Below are positions 36,290-47,047 of a stretch of DNA of 58,890 bases, one piece after another (the stretch's first letter is position 1; each line of letters opens with the position of its first letter). This DNA is from a virus (taxonomy: Duplodnaviria; Caudoviricetes). The position numbers and the translations under genes were made by a program. Under the pieces are notes generated by a model that saw only the letters and a program-made list of their open reading frames with translations, was not told the DNA's origin and did not search any database. The DNA is taken from the IMG/VR virus record IMGVR_UViG_3300032236_000503, positions 1-58,890 of that record; one strand, written 5' to 3'.

Positions 36290-36787
36290 ATGGCAACCAC
36301 AATTAGCGGAAGCACCGGGGTCACATACCCCAACGGCGGTGTAGACAACGTAGCTGGTGCAGGCGTCGGTACAACTGATACGCAGACGCTGACCAATAAG
36401 ACGCTTACTTCAAGCGGCAGCATTTTAATTTCTGTGGCTTCTTCTACATTGGGTTATTCAACTGGTGTCGGTGGTGCTGTTACTCAGTTAACAAACAAGT
36501 CAACAGCAGTAACGCTAAACACTTCAACAGGTCAAATTACGATGAACAATGCGGCGTTAGCTGCAACTACCAACGTTCGATTTCAAGTAAATAATTCACT
36601 CATAGCAGCGACCGATACGATAATCGTCAATCTGTCTGGTGGGTTTGCTACAGGTTCTACCTATCAAGCATGGGTCGATGGAATAGCGGCAGGCTCATTT
36701 TTAATTACGCTTCGTAATATCAGCGCAGGCTCGTTATCGGAAGCAGTTGTTATAAATTTTTCAATCATTAAAGGCGTTTCCGCCTAA
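36290..36787 (+). CDS. tail-associated protein
   Basis: VTQLTNKSTAVTLN...GQITMNNAAL. Confidence 0.65.
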   Translation: MATTISGSTGVTYPNGGVDNVAGAGVGTTDTQTLTNKTLTSSGSILISVASSTLGYSTGVGGAVTQLTNKSTAVTLNTSTGQITMNNAALAATTNVRFQVNNSLIAATDTIIVNLSGGFATGSTYQAWVDGIAAGSFLITLRNISAGSLSEAVVINFSIIKGVSA

Positions 36788-36793
36788 TTGAAT

Positions 36794-37264
36794 ATGCTTG
36801 ACCCTATTACCGCTTTTGCAGCCGCTCAGGCAGCGGTAAAGGGAATCCAAGCCGCTATCAAGCTGGGCAAGGATGTCCAAGGCATTGCGGCGGACTTGGG
36901 CAAATTCTTTGAGGCCAAGGACGTTGTTCAGCAGGCGGCGAACAACCCCAAGAAGTTCAAGAGCGACACCGCGCAGGCATTGGAAACGGTGATGCAAGCC
37001 AAGCAGTTGGCTACCGCCGAGACCGACTTGAAGAACATGCTGATATGGTCAGGCAATGCGGATGTATGGGAAGGTGTTCTACAGGAGCGCAACAACATCA
37101 TCCAGAAGCGCAAACGGGCTGAAATGGATGCAGCATTGGCGAAGGAAAAGAAACGCCAGCAGATAATGGAAGCCCTCAGCACGTTGTTTTGGGTTTTCCT
37201 TTTTGTCGCATCCATTGGCCTGAGCTACTTTTTAACAACCTTGTTTTTGAAATGGAGAGCATGA
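36794..37264 (+). CDS. membrane-anchored protein in the lysis region
   Basis: MLDPIT start, C-terminal TM segment. Confidence 0.65.
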   Translation: MLDPITAFAAAQAAVKGIQAAIKLGKDVQGIAADLGKFFEAKDVVQQAANNPKKFKSDTAQALETVMQAKQLATAETDLKNMLIWSGNADVWEGVLQERNNIIQKRKRAEMDAALAKEKKRQQIMEALSTLFWVFLFVASIGLSYFLTTLFLKWRA

Positions 37265-37758
37265 TGGATTGGCTTAAAACTGTTGCCCCTACTATTGCCA
37301 CGGCGCTTGGTGGCCCGCTGGCTGGAATGGCTGTATCTGCTGTTGCCAAGGCTATTGGCTGCGAACCGGACGAGGTGCAGGGCATCATCAGCAGCAACAA
37401 GCTGACCGCCGAGCAGGTGGCATCCATCCAGCTTGCAGAGTTGGAGTTGAAGAAGCAAGCCCAGTCAATGAACCTTGACTTCGCTAAGTTGGGCGCGGAG
37501 GACAAGAAGTCTGCACGCGATATGCAGATTGCCACCAAGTCTTGGATTCCCCCCGTCATGGCACTGGGTGTAACACTGGGGTTTTTTGGCATTCTTGCCG
37601 GGTTGATGTACGGTCAAATTCAACACGCACCACAGATTGACATCATGCTTGGTTCGCTGGGTACTGCATGGACAGGCATCATCTCCTTCTATTTTGGTTC
37701 CAGCGCCGGTAGCCAAGCCAAGACCGAACTACTTGCTCAAGCGGAGCCAGCAAAATGA
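37261..37758 (+). CDS. putative holin
   Basis: two C-terminal TM segments ending FYFGSS; directly upstream of the endolysin. Confidence 0.7.
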   Translation: MMDWLKTVAPTIATALGGPLAGMAVSAVAKAIGCEPDEVQGIISSNKLTAEQVASIQLAELELKKQAQSMNLDFAKLGAEDKKSARDMQIATKSWIPPVMALGVTLGFFGILAGLMYGQIQHAPQIDIMLGSLGTAWTGIISFYFGSSAGSQAKTELLAQAEPAK

Positions 37759-38279
37759 AAGAAAACTTTGATGATTGTTTTGCCAAAGTCTTGCAGTCCG
37801 AGGGCGGATACGTTTGGGACAAAGACGACGCTGGCGGTGAGACAAACCTTGGCGTGACCGCAGGTGCTTGGGCTGCTTACACTGGTAAGCCGGTTGTGTC
37901 GGGCGAAATGAAAGCCCTGACAAAAGACGTAGTCAAGCCATTCTATAAGCAAATGTATTGGGATAAAGTGAAGGGTGATGACTTGCCCGCCGGTGTGGAC
38001 TACGCTATATTTGACTTTGCAGTGAATGCTGGTGTTGCCCGTGCTGCCAAATTTTTGCAACGTTCTATCGGCGCGGTGGATGATGGGGTGATTGGCTCCG
38101 GTACGCTGGGTTTGGTCGCCAAGGCTGACCCGCAAAAGTTGCTAAATAGTTTTGCAGACCAGAAGCAAGGCTTCTACAATGGCCTTGCCACGACCAATCC
38201 ATCGCAGCAAAAGTTTCTTAAGGGGTGGTTGGCCCGTGTAGACAAAGTACAAGATGTTGCCGAATCAATGTTAGCCTGA
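37755..38279 (+). CDS. glycoside hydrolase family 108 endolysin
   Basis: EGGY...[28 protein letters not shown]. Confidence 0.9.
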   Translation: MKENFDDCFAKVLQSEGGYVWDKDDAGGETNLGVTAGAWAAYTGKPVVSGEMKALTKDVVKPFYKQMYWDKVKGDDLPAGVDYAIFDFAVNAGVARAAKFLQRSIGAVDDGVIGSGTLGLVAKADPQKLLNSFADQKQGFYNGLATTNPSQQKFLKGWLARVDKVQDVAESMLA

Positions 38280-38280
38280 T

Positions 38281-40719
38281 ATGCCACTCGTTAAGTTCCA
38301 GTTTAAACCCGGTATCAACAAGGAAGTAACTACTCTTGCGGGTAAGGGTGGCTGGTATTCGTGCAACAACGTCCGTTTCCGCTCTGGCTACCCTGAAAAG
38401 CTGGGTGGTTGGGTGCTTGACACCGGAACAACTGCTGCTACGTTAAAGCCCACTGCGGGCAACTTCTGGGGGATTGCCACTGCGCTATTTGATTGGTCTG
38501 CTTTAAACGGAGCCAACTACCTTTCAGTTGGCACAAACCTCAAGTACCTCATCCAGTCCGGCAACGGTGGAAACTTTACCGACATCACCCCACTGCGCAC
38601 TACCAGCGCATACGGCGGAACAACCTTTGCTGCATCCAACGGCTCCAAGACAATCACCGTCACCACGGTTAACCCTAACTTTGCAACACTCAATGATTTT
38701 GTGACCTTCAGCGGGGCAACCAGCTTGGGTGGAACCATTACCGCCAGCGTCCTCAACGCCGAGTTCAAAATAACCAGCGTAAAGAACTCCAACCAATACA
38801 CCATTCAGGCTTCCGTTGCAGCCAACTCCAGCGACTCGGGTAGCGGCGGTGGGTCGGTTGTCGGTGCGTACCAGATCGTAACCGGCGGTGCTATATACAA
38901 CTACGGCACTGGATGGGGTGCGGGTGGATGGAGCGGACAAACGGCGGGCCAAGCAATCTATTCCAGCTTTACAGGTTCTATCAGCGGAACAACGCTTACC
39001 GTCTCTGCGGTAGCTTCCGGCACTATTGCTGTCGGTCAAGCCATATCAGGTGTTGGTGTAACTTCCGGAACGGTTGTCACTGCGCTGGGTTCAGGCTCGG
39101 GTGGAGCGGGAACCTATACCGTTAACCAATCGCAGACCGTAGGGTCGGTAGCAATGACCGGCGTGTCCACCACCTCATGGGGTCAGTCATCCTCTGCAAG
39201 TTTGACGTTTGCTTACCAAATCCGTCTTTGGAGTCAAAGCAACTACGGCCAAAACTTGGTGTTTAACGCACGGGGTAGCAACCTGTATTACTGGGTTTAC
39301 TCTGCTAACGGGACATACCGTGCGCAGCCCCTCAGCGCAACCAACTACAGCACCCAAGACGGCACGCAGTATTGGCTAACAGACCCATCGAGCTTTTCGT
39401 TTACAGGCGCAATTTCAGGTACAACACTTACAGTCAGTGTGGCTGGCTCTGGAACGCTGGCGGTCGGACAAATAATCTCTGGCACAACCAACCCAGTCAC
39501 TGCCGGAACCACCATCACGGCGCTAGGCACAGGCACTGGCGGGGTTGGTACGTACACGGTAAGCGCAAGCCAGACGGTCAACTCGTCCACCTTAAACGCA
39601 ACATCAGGTAATGCGGGATGCCCAACTATTGCCAATACGGTACTGGTATCAAATTCATCTCGCTTTGTGATTGCCTACGGAACCGACAACAACGGCAACG
39701 GCGTACAAGACCCCATGCTCATATCTTGGTCTGACCAAGAAAACATTACCACATGGATTCCCGCTTCATCCAATCAAGCTGGTAACTACCGGCTGAGCTA
39801 CGGATCCAGCATCATCACGGCTATCCAAACCCGGCAAGAGATTTTGGTTTTCACAGATTCTGCGGTTTACTCACAGCAGTACTTGGGGCCACCGTATGTG
39901 TGGGGTTTCCAACAAATGGCTGCGGACATTTCCATCATCAGCCCTAATGCAGTGGTGGTCGCAAACAACACCATCTTTTGGATGGGGATTGACAAGTTTT
40001 ACTTCTACAACGGTACAGCCCAAACCCTGCCAAGCGCCCTGCGTAAGTACATCTACGAGAACATCAACTTGTCGCAGGCTTTCCAAGTGTTTGGTGGTTT
40101 AAACGAAGGGTTCAGTGAGATCTGGTGGTTCTATTGCTCCGCCTCATCCAGCACCATCGACAGCTACATTATCTATAACTACCTCGATCAGTCATGGGCA
40201 TATGGTTCGATGGCGCGTACCGCTTGGTGCTATAGCCCACTGCGCCAGTATCCTATGGCTGCGGGGTATGCCTCGGACAAAACTGACGGCACATTGATTT
40301 ACCACGAGAACGGGGTGGATGACGGAACCACAAGCCCTGCCTCTCCAATCAGCGCGTTTATACAGTCATCCGACATGGATATTGTCGACGGAGATCAGTA
40401 CGGCTACGCATGGCGGATGATTCCAGACGTTACGTTTAACTCATCTACTGTGGCAAACCCATTGGTAACAATGACTCTGTGGCCCCGCAAAAACCCCGGA
40501 TCGGCTTACACGGTCAACGTAACCGCACCAACAGTTACAAGTACGCAGACCTACTCCAGCACCACCCCGTATTACGACACGCAGCAATTTACACAGCAGG
40601 TCAATATCCGTGTGCGGGGTCGTGAAGTAGCTATGCGGATTGCATCCGATACCCTTGGTGTGGCGTGGCAGCTTGGTGTACCCCGTGTGGATACAAAGCC
40701 TGATGGGCGCAGAGCATGA
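38281..40719 (+). CDS. tail nozzle/tubular protein B-like
   Basis: beta-propeller-like, WSDQEN motif, position before the ejection proteins. Confidence 0.7.
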   Translation: MPLVKFQFKPGINKEVTTLAGKGGWYSCNNVRFRSGYPEKLGGWVLDTGTTAATLKPTAGNFWGIATALFDWSALNGANYLSVGTNLKYLIQSGNGGNFTDITPLRTTSAYGGTTFAASNGSKTITVTTVNPNFATLNDFVTFSGATSLGGTITASVLNAEFKITSVKNSNQYTIQASVAANSSDSGSGGGSVVGAYQIVTGGAIYNYGTGWGAGGWSGQTAGQAIYSSFTGSISGTTLTVSAVASGTIAVGQAISGVGVTSGTVVTALGSGSGGAGTYTVNQSQTVGSVAMTGVSTTSWGQSSSASLTFAYQIRLWSQSNYGQNLVFNARGSNLYYWVYSANGTYRAQPLSATNYSTQDGTQYWLTDPSSFSFTGAISGTTLTVSVAGSGTLAVGQIISGTTNPVTAGTTITALGTGTGGVGTYTVSASQTVNSSTLNATSGNAGCPTIANTVLVSNSSRFVIAYGTDNNGNGVQDPMLISWSDQENITTWIPASSNQAGNYRLSYGSSIITAIQTRQEILVFTDSAVYSQQYLGPPYVWGFQQMAADISIISPNAVVVANNTIFWMGIDKFYFYNGTAQTLPSALRKYIYENINLSQAFQVFGGLNEGFSEIWWFYCSASSSTIDSYIIYNYLDQSWAYGSMARTAWCYSPLRQYPMAAGYASDKTDGTLIYHENGVDDGTTSPASPISAFIQSSDMDIVDGDQYGYAWRMIPDVTFNSSTVANPLVTMTLWPRKNPGSAYTVNVTAPTVTSTQTYSSTTPYYDTQQFTQQVNIRVRGREVAMRIASDTLGVAWQLGVPRVDTKPDGRRA

Positions 40720-41354
40720 ATACCCGGTACAGAAGTTTTGTAGCCCCTCGCCTGCCGGAGGCCCCGGCTGAATACAGCGCGGAAGAGATGAATAAATTTG
40801 CCAATGTGCTGCGCTTGTATTTCAATCAAATTGACGCTTGGAACACCACCCTCATGCAGGATACGGGCGGTAGATTTATTGGTCTTCCTTATGGTTCATG
40901 GCATGACAGCACAACTCAAACCGCTGCGGCAAATACTGTCACCTTAATAACTTTGAATGCTACTGATTATTCCCAAGGAACTTCATTAGTTAGTAACTCC
41001 AAAATAACAGCGCAATACCCCGGTATATACAACATTCAATTTAGTATTCAGCTAAGCAACCCCGGAACGGCGGACGATAATGTCACTATTTGGTACAAAC
41101 AAAATGGGGTTGATGTACCTAACTCTGCGGGCATAGCCACCGTCAATGGAAAACATGGCTCAACTCCCGGAGCCACGGTGTTTGGCTGGAATGAATTTTT
41201 TGACCTTAATACCAACGACTACCTCCAGCTATACTGGACTACTGACAGTGGAAACACTACACTTGCAACATACGCAGCAGGTACAAGCCCAGCGCACCCA
41301 GCTTCGCCGTCGGTCGCCGTAACAGCCCAATATGTGTCAGCCCAACCTACGTAA
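40716..41354 (+). CDS. tail-associated protein with C1q/BclA-like beta domain
   Basis: [11 protein letters not shown]...DYLQLYW. Confidence 0.6.
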   Translation: MNTRYRSFVAPRLPEAPAEYSAEEMNKFANVLRLYFNQIDAWNTTLMQDTGGRFIGLPYGSWHDSTTQTAAANTVTLITLNATDYSQGTSLVSNSKITAQYPGIYNIQFSIQLSNPGTADDNVTIWYKQNGVDVPNSAGIATVNGKHGSTPGATVFGWNEFFDLNTNDYLQLYWTTDSGNTTLATYAAGTSPAHPASPSVAVTAQYVSAQPT

Positions 41355-41359
41355 ATACT

Positions 41360-43345
41360 ATGAGCCTTCACCAATTAGCACGCCATATTGCCGCCCAAGG
41401 CCGGGACGGTGACACCACGCTCGTTCACATGACCCCCAATGAAGTTGCTCAAATGCAGCAACTTGCACAACAGCGCGGTGGATCATTGACTACCAACCCG
41501 CACACCGGTTTGCCAGAGGCAAACTTCTTGGATGACATTGGGCTTGGTAGTTTAAACAAAGTTGCAGCGCCGCTGATTGGTGCTGGTGCAGCTTATTTTG
41601 GTATGGATCCAATCACCGCCGGTATGCTTGCTGGTGGTGCAAGCGCTCTAGGTACGGGTGATCTTAGCAAGGGATTGAAAGATGGACTAGGAGTTTGGGG
41701 TGGAGCTAGTTTGACATCTGGCTTGATGGACGCGGGATCTAGTGCCGCCGCAAGAGAGGCCGCAAGAGAGGCCGGAGAAAAGGGGCTTGAAGGAGATGCA
41801 TACAAACAAGCGGTTGAGGATAAAGTAGCAAGTACATCAAGCTGGGACAAGCTATCCTCTGGTGCATCTATTGCAAAAAATGCGCCAATGGATTTTCTTA
41901 AAAATCAACTTGGCAATGGAAGCTATTTGACTGGAGCGTTGCCATTGGCGGCGGCTGGGTTGCCTTTCCTTATGAATCAACCTTCTGTTGGAGTTCCAAC
42001 CGCAGCTACTGCGCCCGGATACATCCGTCAATCCCGATATGACCCCCGCACAAAACGATACATTGATTTAGCCCCAGTCAAAGCAAATGAATTCACTAAT
42101 TTTTATGCAGATGGCGGATTAACAAAAGGTTATGCAGATGGAGGCCCAACGCCCGACTCCGTATCTGCTTATGATTACCTCACCGGTAAAACAAATTACA
42201 ACCCGTTTACACAAGCAAATTTAAATCCTGTGGATTACACAAGCTCCATAACCCCGACCGGGCTTAAAGAGGGTGATGTGTATTTTGACAAACAAACTGG
42301 CACGTACAAGACGTACCATGATCCTTCCACGCCATTTTCCGCTCCAGCAGCTAGCCCAGCTAATGGAGCAAATGCACAAGCCGATAAAGGTGGCAATAGT
42401 GGCTACGGTAACAGTCCGGAGGGCCGAGCAGAAAGAGAAGCGCAAATGGACAAACTTCGCGCAGACCTTGGCGAGGAAGGGTATGCACACCGTAATGATT
42501 GGATTGGAAATACTTTAGAAACACTTGGCTCTTTGGTTATGCCGGGCGCACTGGCTATGAAAGCGTACGAAGCTTTTACAGCTCCGCCCAGTAGCGTAGG
42601 GCGGGTAAATTCAGGCTACCAAGCACCTTCAGTAGTTCCCACGCCAAGTCTTAGTGATATAGGCAAAGAAGCCAATCCTATGGGTCTTGATCCCGCACAG
42701 CGAGCCGCTGCTGGAGAAGGTGTTGGCAGAACCCCCGGAGCAGGTGTAAATCTTGGTTCTGGTATTGGCGCGGAAGGAATTGGAAGAACGCCGGGAGAAG
42801 GCGTAAGTATGGGGCCTGCTCCTGTTTCCGCTCCAGACCAACCTACTGCGGATCAAAATGCAGATCGTGAATCTCAAGGAGCTGACCGTTCTCCTGATCC
42901 AAGAGATGCGAATGGCTATGGGGCGGCCAAAAAAGGTGGACTTGCAGATTTGCATGGATTTAAACGCATGGCAGCAGGTGGCAAAGGCACATCTTTGCGT
43001 AATGTTGTTGGAACCATGCATGGCGTAGAGCATCTTATGACCTATGCCAATGGTGGATATAACCTTGGCTCTTACTCCGATGGCGGTCGCCTTTTGAAAG
43101 GCCCCGGCGACGGTGTTTCGGATTCCATCCCAGCCGTAATAGGCCGTAATCAACCTGCCCGACTCGCAGAAGGGGAATTTGTGGTTCCCGCCCGAATTGT
43201 GTCGGAATTAGGTAATGGATCAACAGACGCTGGCGCAAAACAACTTTATGCAATGATGGATAGAATACAAAAAAATCGAGCAAAAACAATAGGTAAAAAT
43301 AAAGTTGCGTTTGATGCAAAAGCAAGAAATCACTTACCCGCATAA
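41360..43345 (+). CDS. internal virion protein
   Basis: GRDGDTTLVH...NPHTGLPE N-terminus; GPGDGVSDSIPA...EGEFVVPA C-terminus. Confidence 0.7.
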   Translation: MSLHQLARHIAAQGRDGDTTLVHMTPNEVAQMQQLAQQRGGSLTTNPHTGLPEANFLDDIGLGSLNKVAAPLIGAGAAYFGMDPITAGMLAGGASALGTGDLSKGLKDGLGVWGGASLTSGLMDAGSSAAAREAAREAGEKGLEGDAYKQAVEDKVASTSSWDKLSSGASIAKNAPMDFLKNQLGNGSYLTGALPLAAAGLPFLMNQPSVGVPTAATAPGYIRQSRYDPRTKRYIDLAPVKANEFTNFYADGGLTKGYADGGPTPDSVSAYDYLTGKTNYNPFTQANLNPVDYTSSITPTGLKEGDVYFDKQTGTYKTYHDPSTPFSAPAASPANGANAQADKGGNSGYGNSPEGRAEREAQMDKLRADLGEEGYAHRNDWIGNTLETLGSLVMPGALAMKAYEAFTAPPSSVGRVNSGYQAPSVVPTPSLSDIGKEANPMGLDPAQRAAAGEGVGRTPGAGVNLGSGIGAEGIGRTPGEGVSMGPAPVSAPDQPTADQNADRESQGADRSPDPRDANGYGAAKKGGLADLHGFKRMAAGGKGTSLRNVVGTMHGVEHLMTYANGGYNLGSYSDGGRLLKGPGDGVSDSIPAVIGRNQPARLAEGEFVVPARIVSELGNGSTDAGAKQLYAMMDRIQKNRAKTIGKNKVAFDAKARNHLPA

Positions 43346-43354
43346 GGAACAGTC

Positions 43355-44323
43355 ATGGCGAATGATCCAACCGCAGTCTATCAAACACAGGTAGGCTTTG
43401 CTCCGGAGGTTGCCCCTTATGGGCAGCAGTTGCTTGGTCGCGCCCAAGCCCTTACCGATGTAAACCAAAATCCATATCAAAGCTATTCCGACTGGGCGCG
43501 GCAACATGGTTTGAGTGGTGATCAGGTAGCCCAATTCAGCGGTTTGCAAAACCAAGCGTTTCAACAGACTGGTAACCTTGGTTACAACCCTTACTCGCAG
43601 ATGGCTGCGCAGGGTCTTGCCAATACATCGTTTACACCAACGACCGAAAAATTTACAGATCCCGGCGCGGCTCAGTCGTACATGAATCCGTACTTGCAGA
43701 CTGCGCTTGCCCCGCAGATGCAACTGCTCCGCGAACAGCAAGGCATTCAAGGAGCGCAACAACATGCGCAGGCCACACAGGCCGGAGCTTTTGGTGGATC
43801 CCGCATGGGTGTGCAAGATGCACAGCAAAACCAAGCCAATCAATTGGCAATGAGCAACCTTGTCGGCCAAGGTTACAACACTGCATTTGGGCAGGCGCAG
43901 AATCAATACAACGCAGATCTCGCCCGCCAACAGCAATCTGCACAGTTTGGTGCGGGGTTGGGTGTACAAGCTTTGGGAGCGTTGGGTTCGGCGGGGCAAA
44001 ACCTGTACGGCCAAAATGTAAGCAACATCAACTTGCAAAACCAACTGGGAACCCAGCAGCAGCAGCAGGCTCAAAACATGATGAATGTGAGCCAGCAGAA
44101 CTACTTGGCTCAGCAAAATGATCCCTACAACAAGCTGAACTTCATGTCCAACATTGTTCGTGGCCTTCCAACAACCACGCTGGGTAGTCAGGTGTACCAA
44201 GCTCCTCCCGCACTATTGGGACAGGTTGCCGGTATCGGTGCGGCGGCAAAAGCGTTTGGATTGAAAAAAGGTGGTAATGTTAAGGGCGGACTGCCGCATC
44301 TGCTTGCCAGCACCATCGGATAA
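43355..44323 (+). CDS. Q-rich internal virion/DNA pilot protein
   Basis: YMNPY...AGAFGGSR motifs. Confidence 0.7.
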   Translation: MANDPTAVYQTQVGFAPEVAPYGQQLLGRAQALTDVNQNPYQSYSDWARQHGLSGDQVAQFSGLQNQAFQQTGNLGYNPYSQMAAQGLANTSFTPTTEKFTDPGAAQSYMNPYLQTALAPQMQLLREQQGIQGAQQHAQATQAGAFGGSRMGVQDAQQNQANQLAMSNLVGQGYNTAFGQAQNQYNADLARQQQSAQFGAGLGVQALGALGSAGQNLYGQNVSNINLQNQLGTQQQQQAQNMMNVSQQNYLAQQNDPYNKLNFMSNIVRGLPTTTLGSQVYQAPPALLGQVAGIGAAAKAFGLKKGGNVKGGLPHLLASTIG

Positions 44324-44332
44324 GGAACAAAC

Positions 44333-47029
44333 ATGTCTCTCGGATCAATGCCTTTCCCGAGCATCAGTAAGGTGGGGCAACCCATGAATGTTGATGCAAT
44401 GATTGCTCAACTGGTGAAGATGACACCGGAGCAGCGCCAGCAGTTTGCTCAAGAGCATATGGATGATCCCATCTCTCTTTCCGCTGCGAAGTACGTTGAC
44501 AATCAAATCAAAGATCAAGCGCAGAAGATGGTTCAGCCGCAGGGGCCTATGCCCCCGGTCAATCAACAAACCGCTCGCTCTATTGGTCAGGCAGCGCCAC
44601 CTACTCAACCGTTGATGACGCTGGCTCCGACCCCGCAACAACAGCCTATGCAGGCGCAGATGCAGGCTCAAATGCAGCCGCAGCAAACTGCAATCGCTCA
44701 GCAGGCGCAAGAGGCAGCAAAAGGTGGCGTTATGTACAGCCTTCCGGAAAACTCCGGCATTGCAAATCTACCTACAAAGATGAACTTTGCCGATGGCGGC
44801 ATCGTGGGATATGCTGGCGGAGGCTCAAGCGAGTACGACCCGGCAAACATCCAACAAGCTGTTTACAAATCATATGCAGCTCAGCAGGCTCAGCAATATG
44901 GTTTAAACCCAGATTTTGCTTTGGGTATTTTCAACCAAGAGAATCCCGATTGGGATCCAAGTCGCCTTGGCCCTGTCACCAAATATGGCGATCGGGCAAT
45001 TGGCCTTGGGCAGGTGATGCCCAATACCGGAAAGGGGATGGGCTATAGCGTTTCCGATCTTAAGGATCCATACAAAAACATAGATGCGTCAATTAAAACA
45101 ATGGCGCAGATATCGAAGAAATACGACGGAGACCCCACAAAGACTGCCGCTGCATACAACTGGGGGCCGGGAAATTTGGATAAGCATCTTTCAAACAACG
45201 ACAACAAAGTGGTTGTTGATAAGTTGCCAAATGAAACCCAAAACTATCTCGCCAACGTTTTTACAAATTTAGCACCGGGCAGCACAGCCCATGCTGCAAC
45301 TTCGCCCGCCACTAAAGTCTCTCCTGTTGTACCCGCCGTAACACCCGGAGAAAGAGTTGTAAATGGTATGGTTGTGGACAGCTTTGGTATTCCTTTGCGC
45401 CCAGCAAACATTGCAGCAGGTAGTTCCCCGGACGCTCCGGATACTCGGTCAATCTTTGAAAAGGCTGCTGATTACATGGGTTTTTCAAAAGATTTTCAAA
45501 ATAATTTTTCCACTAATTTAAATGCTTTAGCTGGCCCTGAACTTGGTGCATTAAGATATGGATCTAAAGTAGTAAAAGGATTGCCAGCGCTAATAGAAAC
45601 ACCAGCGGAAGTGAGTGCGGTTGAGGCGGCGGCAGCGGCAAAAAGAGCAAGAAACTTGGAAGCTGCTACCGTAACAGCGCGGAATGAAATGGCCGCAGGT
45701 CAAGAGGCAAACGCAGCTACTAACTGGGCAGCAAGAGCTAACGCAAATGCTGGTGTAAATATGGCTACCGGCAGAGGCGCTGGCGGTATTTACGAACTAA
45801 CGCAAGAAGCTCAAACAGCCCGGAAGGTCGCGCAGGATGCTGCTCGTGCTAGGGCTGCATTAGCGGCAGAAGAAGGCACTGCTGGTGTACAGGGCGGAGC
45901 TAACGCCGCAAGGGTTGCAGATGAAGCCGCTGCTGGTGCGAGAACCGGCTCTAATGCTGCAAGAGCGGCAGATGAAGCCGCAGCCGCAGCAAAAGCCGCA
46001 GATGAAGCGGCAGCTACAACAAGTAACGCCTCAAAGGCAAGTAATATTGCAAATGCAGCAAGAGCGGCATCTACCGTAAACGCTGCCGCCAATACACTGG
46101 CAAGAAATTACCCATCGGCTCCAACTGACTCCACGCCAGCAGCCGCTGAATTTGCCCCATTTAATTACGATGTGCGTGAAAGCGCAGCAGAAGCCCCAGC
46201 CAAAGAGGTAACCCAAGGCGGCGGTTTGCCCCAAATACTTTCCCGTAATCCTTATGAAATTGACCGCAATGCTGAAGAACAGCAAGGCCCTCCAATTTCC
46301 GCAATGAACAGGCCGGATGCTTCATCCGTAAACATTCCAGAAAAGGCCACAAAAGAACCATCCATGATGTCATCGGATGATTGGCTGGCGCTTGCCGCAG
46401 GTTTGCTAAGCAACAAATCGCAATATGCATCGGAAGCGTTTGGGTCTGGCTTGAGTTCGTTGGTGCAAGGACGTGCTGCACGTAAGGCTGCTGAGTCCCA
46501 GCAAGCTCTGCAAGCTGCGCAAGCCAAAGAGGCTGTGGGCAAAGGCGGTTACTACGACCAACTTGCATCCACCGTTGGGCCGGAGACTGCTGCAAAAATT
46601 GCTTATCAAGGAAGCGAGACTGCCCGCATTAATTTGCTTAATCAAGCATTCCCGCAGAAAAATGCAGCCGAAATTCGGCAAATTGATGCCAACATACAAA
46701 GAGAGCTGCAATCGGCTAATTACATTAATCAACAGGCCAGATACTATGGCCCGGAAGCAACATCAAAAATTAACTTGCAAAACGCTGCTGCGGCTTTGGA
46801 TGTATCCCGTAGGAATATGTTTGAAGGCAAGAATGATGTTCAGTCAGTGAGAGAGATGATTGATGCGCTTAAGCCTATTGCCCATGCAACGCCGGATATA
46901 ACAAATCCGGAATCTGCGCGGCAAATCTTGGAGGCAAGAAATCATTTGCAGTATTATTCCGAGCAGCTTGCTAAGAAAACTGGTATTGGAGTACCTGATA
47001 ACGCAATCCCCGGTTTCGTAGTCCATTGA
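44333..47029 (+). CDS. internal virion protein with lytic transglycosylase (SLT) domain
   Basis: QEN...AIGLGQVMP.T...AAAYNWGPG...ETQNY. Confidence 0.85.
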   Translation: MSLGSMPFPSISKVGQPMNVDAMIAQLVKMTPEQRQQFAQEHMDDPISLSAAKYVDNQIKDQAQKMVQPQGPMPPVNQQTARSIGQAAPPTQPLMTLAPTPQQQPMQAQMQAQMQPQQTAIAQQAQEAAKGGVMYSLPENSGIANLPTKMNFADGGIVGYAGGGSSEYDPANIQQAVYKSYAAQQAQQYGLNPDFALGIFNQENPDWDPSRLGPVTKYGDRAIGLGQVMPNTGKGMGYSVSDLKDPYKNIDASIKTMAQISKKYDGDPTKTAAAYNWGPGNLDKHLSNNDNKVVVDKLPNETQNYLANVFTNLAPGSTAHAATSPATKVSPVVPAVTPGERVVNGMVVDSFGIPLRPANIAAGSSPDAPDTRSIFEKAADYMGFSKDFQNNFSTNLNALAGPELGALRYGSKVVKGLPALIETPAEVSAVEAAAAAKRARNLEAATVTARNEMAAGQEANAATNWAARANANAGVNMATGRGAGGIYELTQEAQTARKVAQDAARARAALAAEEGTAGVQGGANAARVADEAAAGARTGSNAARAADEAAAAAKAADEAAATTSNASKASNIANAARAASTVNAAANTLARNYPSAPTDSTPAAAEFAPFNYDVRESAAEAPAKEVTQGGGLPQILSRNPYEIDRNAEEQQGPPISAMNRPDASSVNIPEKATKEPSMMSSDDWLALAAGLLSNKSQYASEAFGSGLSSLVQGRAARKAAESQQALQAAQAKEAVGKGGYYDQLASTVGPETAAKIAYQGSETARINLLNQAFPQKNAAEIRQIDANIQRELQSANYINQQARYYGPEATSKINLQNAAAALDVSRRNMFEGKNDVQSVREMIDALKPIAHATPDITNPESARQILEARNHLQYYSEQLAKKTGIGVPDNAIPGFVVH

Positions 47030-47047
47030 CCAAAATAGTAAACAATT

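Noticed and set aside
31943-36787. Diversity-generating retroelement acting on tail fibres
   Set aside because: No reverse transcriptase and no adenine-variant TR/VR pair noticed
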